A stretch of 64,000 nucleotides of DNA, from assembly GCA_965228895.1 (NCBI GenBank), contig OZ245842.1, positions 2,816,001-2,880,000 on the forward strand. Reading direction: 5' to 3'. The notes beneath the pieces are model-generated. The model was not told the origin of the DNA. It did not search any database and was given only the letters and a program-made list of their open reading frames with translations. Shown piece after piece: positions 60,968 through 64,000 of this stretch. How positions within the stretch are numbered: the stretch's first letter is position 1; each line of letters begins with the position of its first letter. A program made the translations under genes and the position numbers. The stretch is from Alphaproteobacteria bacterium (lineage in GTDB: Bacteria; Pseudomonadota; Alphaproteobacteria; SP197).

Positions 60968-62104
60968 ATGGCAACAGTGAGACACTTCTCCCGCATCATC
61001 GACCGCATGGCAGGCGGTCGCGCCGTCGACCGCCGCGACCTCATGCAGGCGATGACCGCACTCGGGCTTGGCGTTGCCGCCATGCCGCTGGTTCCAAGAC
61101 GCGCCGATGCCCAGAACGTCGTGGCTTACTTCACCTGGTCCGGTTACGAGGTACGCGAGCTTCACCCAGGCTTCATCGAGACCTATGGCGAGGGCAGTGT
61201 CGCCGCGACGTTTTTCGGCAGCGAGGAAGAAGCACTCTCCAAACTGCGGCGCGACTACCGGGCCGACATCGCTCACCCGTGCAGTTACTCCATGCCGCAT
61301 TGGATCGACGCCGGTGTTGCCGGCCCGGTCGACGTGACCCGTCTCAGCAATTGGCCGGACTTGTTCGCGCACCTGCGCGAGTTACCCGATACCATGCGCG
61401 ACGGCGAACATTACCTGGTGCCGTTCGACTGGGGCACCTCGTCGGTGCTCTACCGGTCCGACCTGGTCGACCCGAAATATGTCGACGATCCGACCTGGGG
61501 CATTCTGTTCGACGAGACCTATGCCGGGCGCCTGGCGATGTACGACACGTCGGTCATGGTTGATGTCGCGATGCTGGTGAACGGCCACCATGACATCGCC
61601 TCGTTCACCGATGCGCAACTGGAAGAGGCCCGGCCCTTACTCGAAAAAGGCGACAGCCTGTTTCGCTTCTATTGGACCGACCCGACGGAGGTCACGCGCG
61701 ATCTGGCCTCAGGCGACCTGGTCGCCGCCTATGCCTGGAACGGCATGACCAAACCGCTCGTCGAACAAGGCGTGCCGGTCACCTACATGAACCCGAAAGA
61801 AGGTCAGTTCACGTGGGTCTGCGGTTTGACCATCGACCCACGCAGCCAGGCCGACCCGGCGATGGTCTATGCGTTCATCGACGCCATGATCTCGCCGGAA
61901 GCCGGGGTCTACGAAATCGAGGTCTATGATTACGGCCACGCCAACATGAAGGCGTTCGAGCTGGCCTCGCCTGACGCCTTGACGCGCCTCGGCTTCACCG
62001 ATCCCAAGGCGGTCATCGACCAGGGCAACTTCATCCCTGCCCTGCCCGCCGATCTCGAAGCGAAGATCAACACGCTGGCCGACGAGATCAAAGCCGGCCT
62101 TTAA
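60968..62104 (+). CDS. PotD/PotF-like ABC substrate-binding protein
   Basis: DRRDL leader, FTWSGY, PFDWG, PKEGQFTWVCG. Confidence 0.88.
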   Translation: MATVRHFSRIIDRMAGGRAVDRRDLMQAMTALGLGVAAMPLVPRRADAQNVVAYFTWSGYEVRELHPGFIETYGEGSVAATFFGSEEEALSKLRRDYRADIAHPCSYSMPHWIDAGVAGPVDVTRLSNWPDLFAHLRELPDTMRDGEHYLVPFDWGTSSVLYRSDLVDPKYVDDPTWGILFDETYAGRLAMYDTSVMVDVAMLVNGHHDIASFTDAQLEEARPLLEKGDSLFRFYWTDPTEVTRDLASGDLVAAYAWNGMTKPLVEQGVPVTYMNPKEGQFTWVCGLTIDPRSQADPAMVYAFIDAMISPEAGVYEIEVYDYGHANMKAFELASPDALTRLGFTDPKAVIDQGNFIPALPADLEAKINTLADEIKAGL

Positions 62105-62121
62105 CGTTCTGAGAGGGTTTC

Positions 62122-62517
62122 ATGATGTTGAAGGGGACTTGCCTTTGCGGCGCGGTGCGCCTTGAGGTCAGCGGACAGCTGGAACGCCTGCCCGAAGCGT
62201 GCCACTGCTCCCAATGCCGCAAGCAGTCAGGTCACTTTCTTGCAGCCGTCAACGTGCGGCGCACGGAACTGTCGATTCTCGGCGGCGACAAGGTCACCTG
62301 GTATCGGTCGTCCGACAAGGTGCAACGTGGATTCTGCTCCGTCTGCGGATCGTCCCTGTTCTGGAACCCCACGATTGAGGGCTACGAATACACGGCTGTG
62401 GCAATGGGATTGTTCGATTCGCCAACCGGCAGCCGTATCGCCAAGCACACTTTTGTCGCTGACAAAGGCGACTACTACGACCTCGATGACGACATCCCCC
62501 AAAGCGAGAGCTACTGA
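62122..62517 (+). CDS. GFA/CENP-V family protein
   Basis: GTCLCG, CHCSQCRK, FCSVCGS. Confidence 0.92.
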   Translation: MMLKGTCLCGAVRLEVSGQLERLPEACHCSQCRKQSGHFLAAVNVRRTELSILGGDKVTWYRSSDKVQRGFCSVCGSSLFWNPTIEGYEYTAVAMGLFDSPTGSRIAKHTFVADKGDYYDLDDDIPQSESY

Positions 62518-62560
62518 GTCGATCATCATTGGACATTCGCCCCGAGCCCGGCTATCCGGG

Positions 62561-62700
62561 TTAGAGCAGATCCTGTTTTGATGAAATCGCTTCGCGATGC
62601 CAGCAAAGCAGGTGAATCTGCTCTACTCATAGATAGAGAGCGGATTCACATGGTTAGGTGGAACCGCCAAACGGTTCCACCTAACCATGATCCGCTCTAG
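62561..62700. repeat. 140-bp palindromic element, copy 4
   Basis: TTAGAGCAGATC...GATCCGCTCTAG. Confidence 0.9.
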
Positions 62701-62727
62701 GCCGCATTCTTGCAGGAGCACAAACCC

Positions 62728-64000
62728 ATGGCTGCGTTAGCGATCGACCTGTTGCCCAAGGTTGCCTGGGGCAAGGGCATGTACATCTACGACACCGACG
62801 GCAAGCGTTACCTCGACGGATCCGGCGGGCCGGCGACTTTCTGTCTGGGCCATGGCAACGAAGAGGTCAACGCAGCGATCAAGGAACAGCTTGACCGCAT
62901 CGCGTTTGGCTACCGCCATCACTTCCGCAGCGATGCCGCCGAGGAACTGCAAGACATCATTACCGAACGCGGCGGCGGCAACCTGAAGCACTGCATCTTC
63001 ACCACCGGCGGCTCGGAATCGACGGAGTCGTGTCTGAAACTGGCGCTGCAGTATCACGCGGCGCGCGGCGACATGTCACGCCGCCGCTTCATTTCGCGGC
63101 AGCGAAGCTGGCACGGCAACACGCTGGGCGCGCTCTCGGTCTCCGGCTTCCTTGCGCGTCAGGAACCTTACTTCGGCTCGTTGCTGGAAGTGAGCCACCT
63201 GTCGCCGGTCAACACCTATCGCCCGCCCGAGGGTGTCGCGCCGGAAGACGTAGCCGAATACTGTGCCAATGAGTTGGAAGATGAGATCCTGCGGCTCGGC
63301 GCCGACAAGGTTGCGGCCTTCATCTTCGAGCCGGTGGTCGGTGCCGCCGGCGGTGCTGTGCCGGCGCCTGACGGTTATGCCAAGCGTATCCGCGAGATCT
63401 GCGATCGCCATGGCGTCTTAATGATCTCCGATGAAGTGATGTGCGGCGTCGGACGCTGCGGCACGTGGCGCGCCTTGGAGCATGACGGGGTCGAGCCGGA
63501 CATCATGGCGATTGCCAAGGGCCTGGGCGGCGGTTATCTGCCCCTGGGTGCAGCGGTCTATACCGACAAGGTCGCCGAGCCGATCAACCGGGTGCACGGC
63601 ATGCCGATCACCGGCCATACCTTCACCGCCCACACGACGGCGTGCGCGGCCGGCGTCGCGGTGCAGAAGATCATGATTCGCGACGGTCTGGTCGACCGTG
63701 TCGCCGAAGAAGGTCAATACCTGCGAGACCAACTGGAGTCGGCGCTCGGGCAGAACCCCCATGTCGGCAACATTCGCGGCCGTGGATTTTTCCAGGGCGT
63801 TGAATTGGTCGAAGACCGCGAAACCAAAGAGCCGTTCGCGCCGGAGCATAAGATGTTCTTCCGCGTCATGCAGGAATCGGTCGAAGGCGGTTTGATCTGT
63901 TATCCGACCGGTGGCAACGTGGACGGTGTCAAAGGCGACCAGATCATCATCGCGCCGGCTTATAACGCCACCCGTGACGAACTGGACGAGATCGTGAGCC
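62728..64000 (+). CDS. Class III PLP aminotransferase (3' partial; absent from ORF track)
   Basis: ATG after AGGAG; GKRYLDGSGG, GGSES, SWHGNT, EPVVGAAGG, SDEVMCG.GR.G, AKGLGGGY. Confidence 0.92.
   Translation, partial: MAALAIDLLPKVAWGKGMYIYDTDGKRYLDGSGGPATFCLGHGNEEVNAAIKEQLDRIAFGYRHHFRSDAAEELQDIITERGGGNLKHCIFTTGGSESTESCLKLALQYHAARGDMSRRRFISRQRSWHGNTLGALSVSGFLARQEPYFGSLLEVSHLSPVNTYRPPEGVAPEDVAEYCANELEDEILRLGADKVAAFIFEPVVGAAGGAVPAPDGYAKRIREICDRHGVLMISDEVMCGVGRCGTWRALEHDGVEPDIMAIAKGLGGGYLPLGAAVYTDKVAEPINRVHGMPITGHTFTAHTTACAAGVAVQKIMIRDGLVDRVAEEGQYLRDQLESALGQNPHVGNIRGRGFFQGVELVEDRETKEPFAPEHKMFFRVMQESVEGGLICYPTGGNVDGVKGDQIIIAPAYNATRDELDEIVS

Noticed and set aside
55080-64000. tRNA-Pro as the attachment site of an integrated element
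   Set aside because: No integrase and no duplicated tRNA 3' end seen in the window; cannot be excluded beyond the edge

Overview
GC-rich alphaproteobacterial chromosome segment (Rhodospirillales-like by gene content; inference). Core genes (ygfZ, ppdK, glyS/glyQ, S49 peptidase, methyltransferase, DUF2007, ispB, tRNA-Pro-CGG) are interspersed with accessory metabolic genes: tungstate ABC transporter tupBCA, cobalamin riboswitch-cbtBA-CDF, four orphan PotD/PotF-like binding proteins, an AmmeMemoRadiSam system with fused AmrB-AmrA, a glycosyltransferase/AsnB envelope operon and a partial serine-cycle operon (sga-mtkA-mtkB). Main observations: (1) an in-frame UGA followed by an fdhF-like SECIS hairpin joins two track ORFs into a 175-aa UGSC-family selenoprotein whose U-x-x-C-x-x-C segment resembles the GrdB/PrdB active site, coupled to a thioredoxin-motif partner and flanked by two RidA genes; (2) a coupled five-gene operon around a ferric-reductase-TM/Rieske fusion, including a 53-aa ORF missing from the track; (3) four dispersed 140-bp double-hairpin elements with compensatory changes whose ends supply stop codons; (4) a non-canonical ureohydrolase facing a TetR gene across a 36-bp palindrome; (5) an MBL-fold protein that has lost its metal ligands. 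No CRISPR array, integrase or transposase was seen. All family calls come from motif recognition by eye, not database searches.
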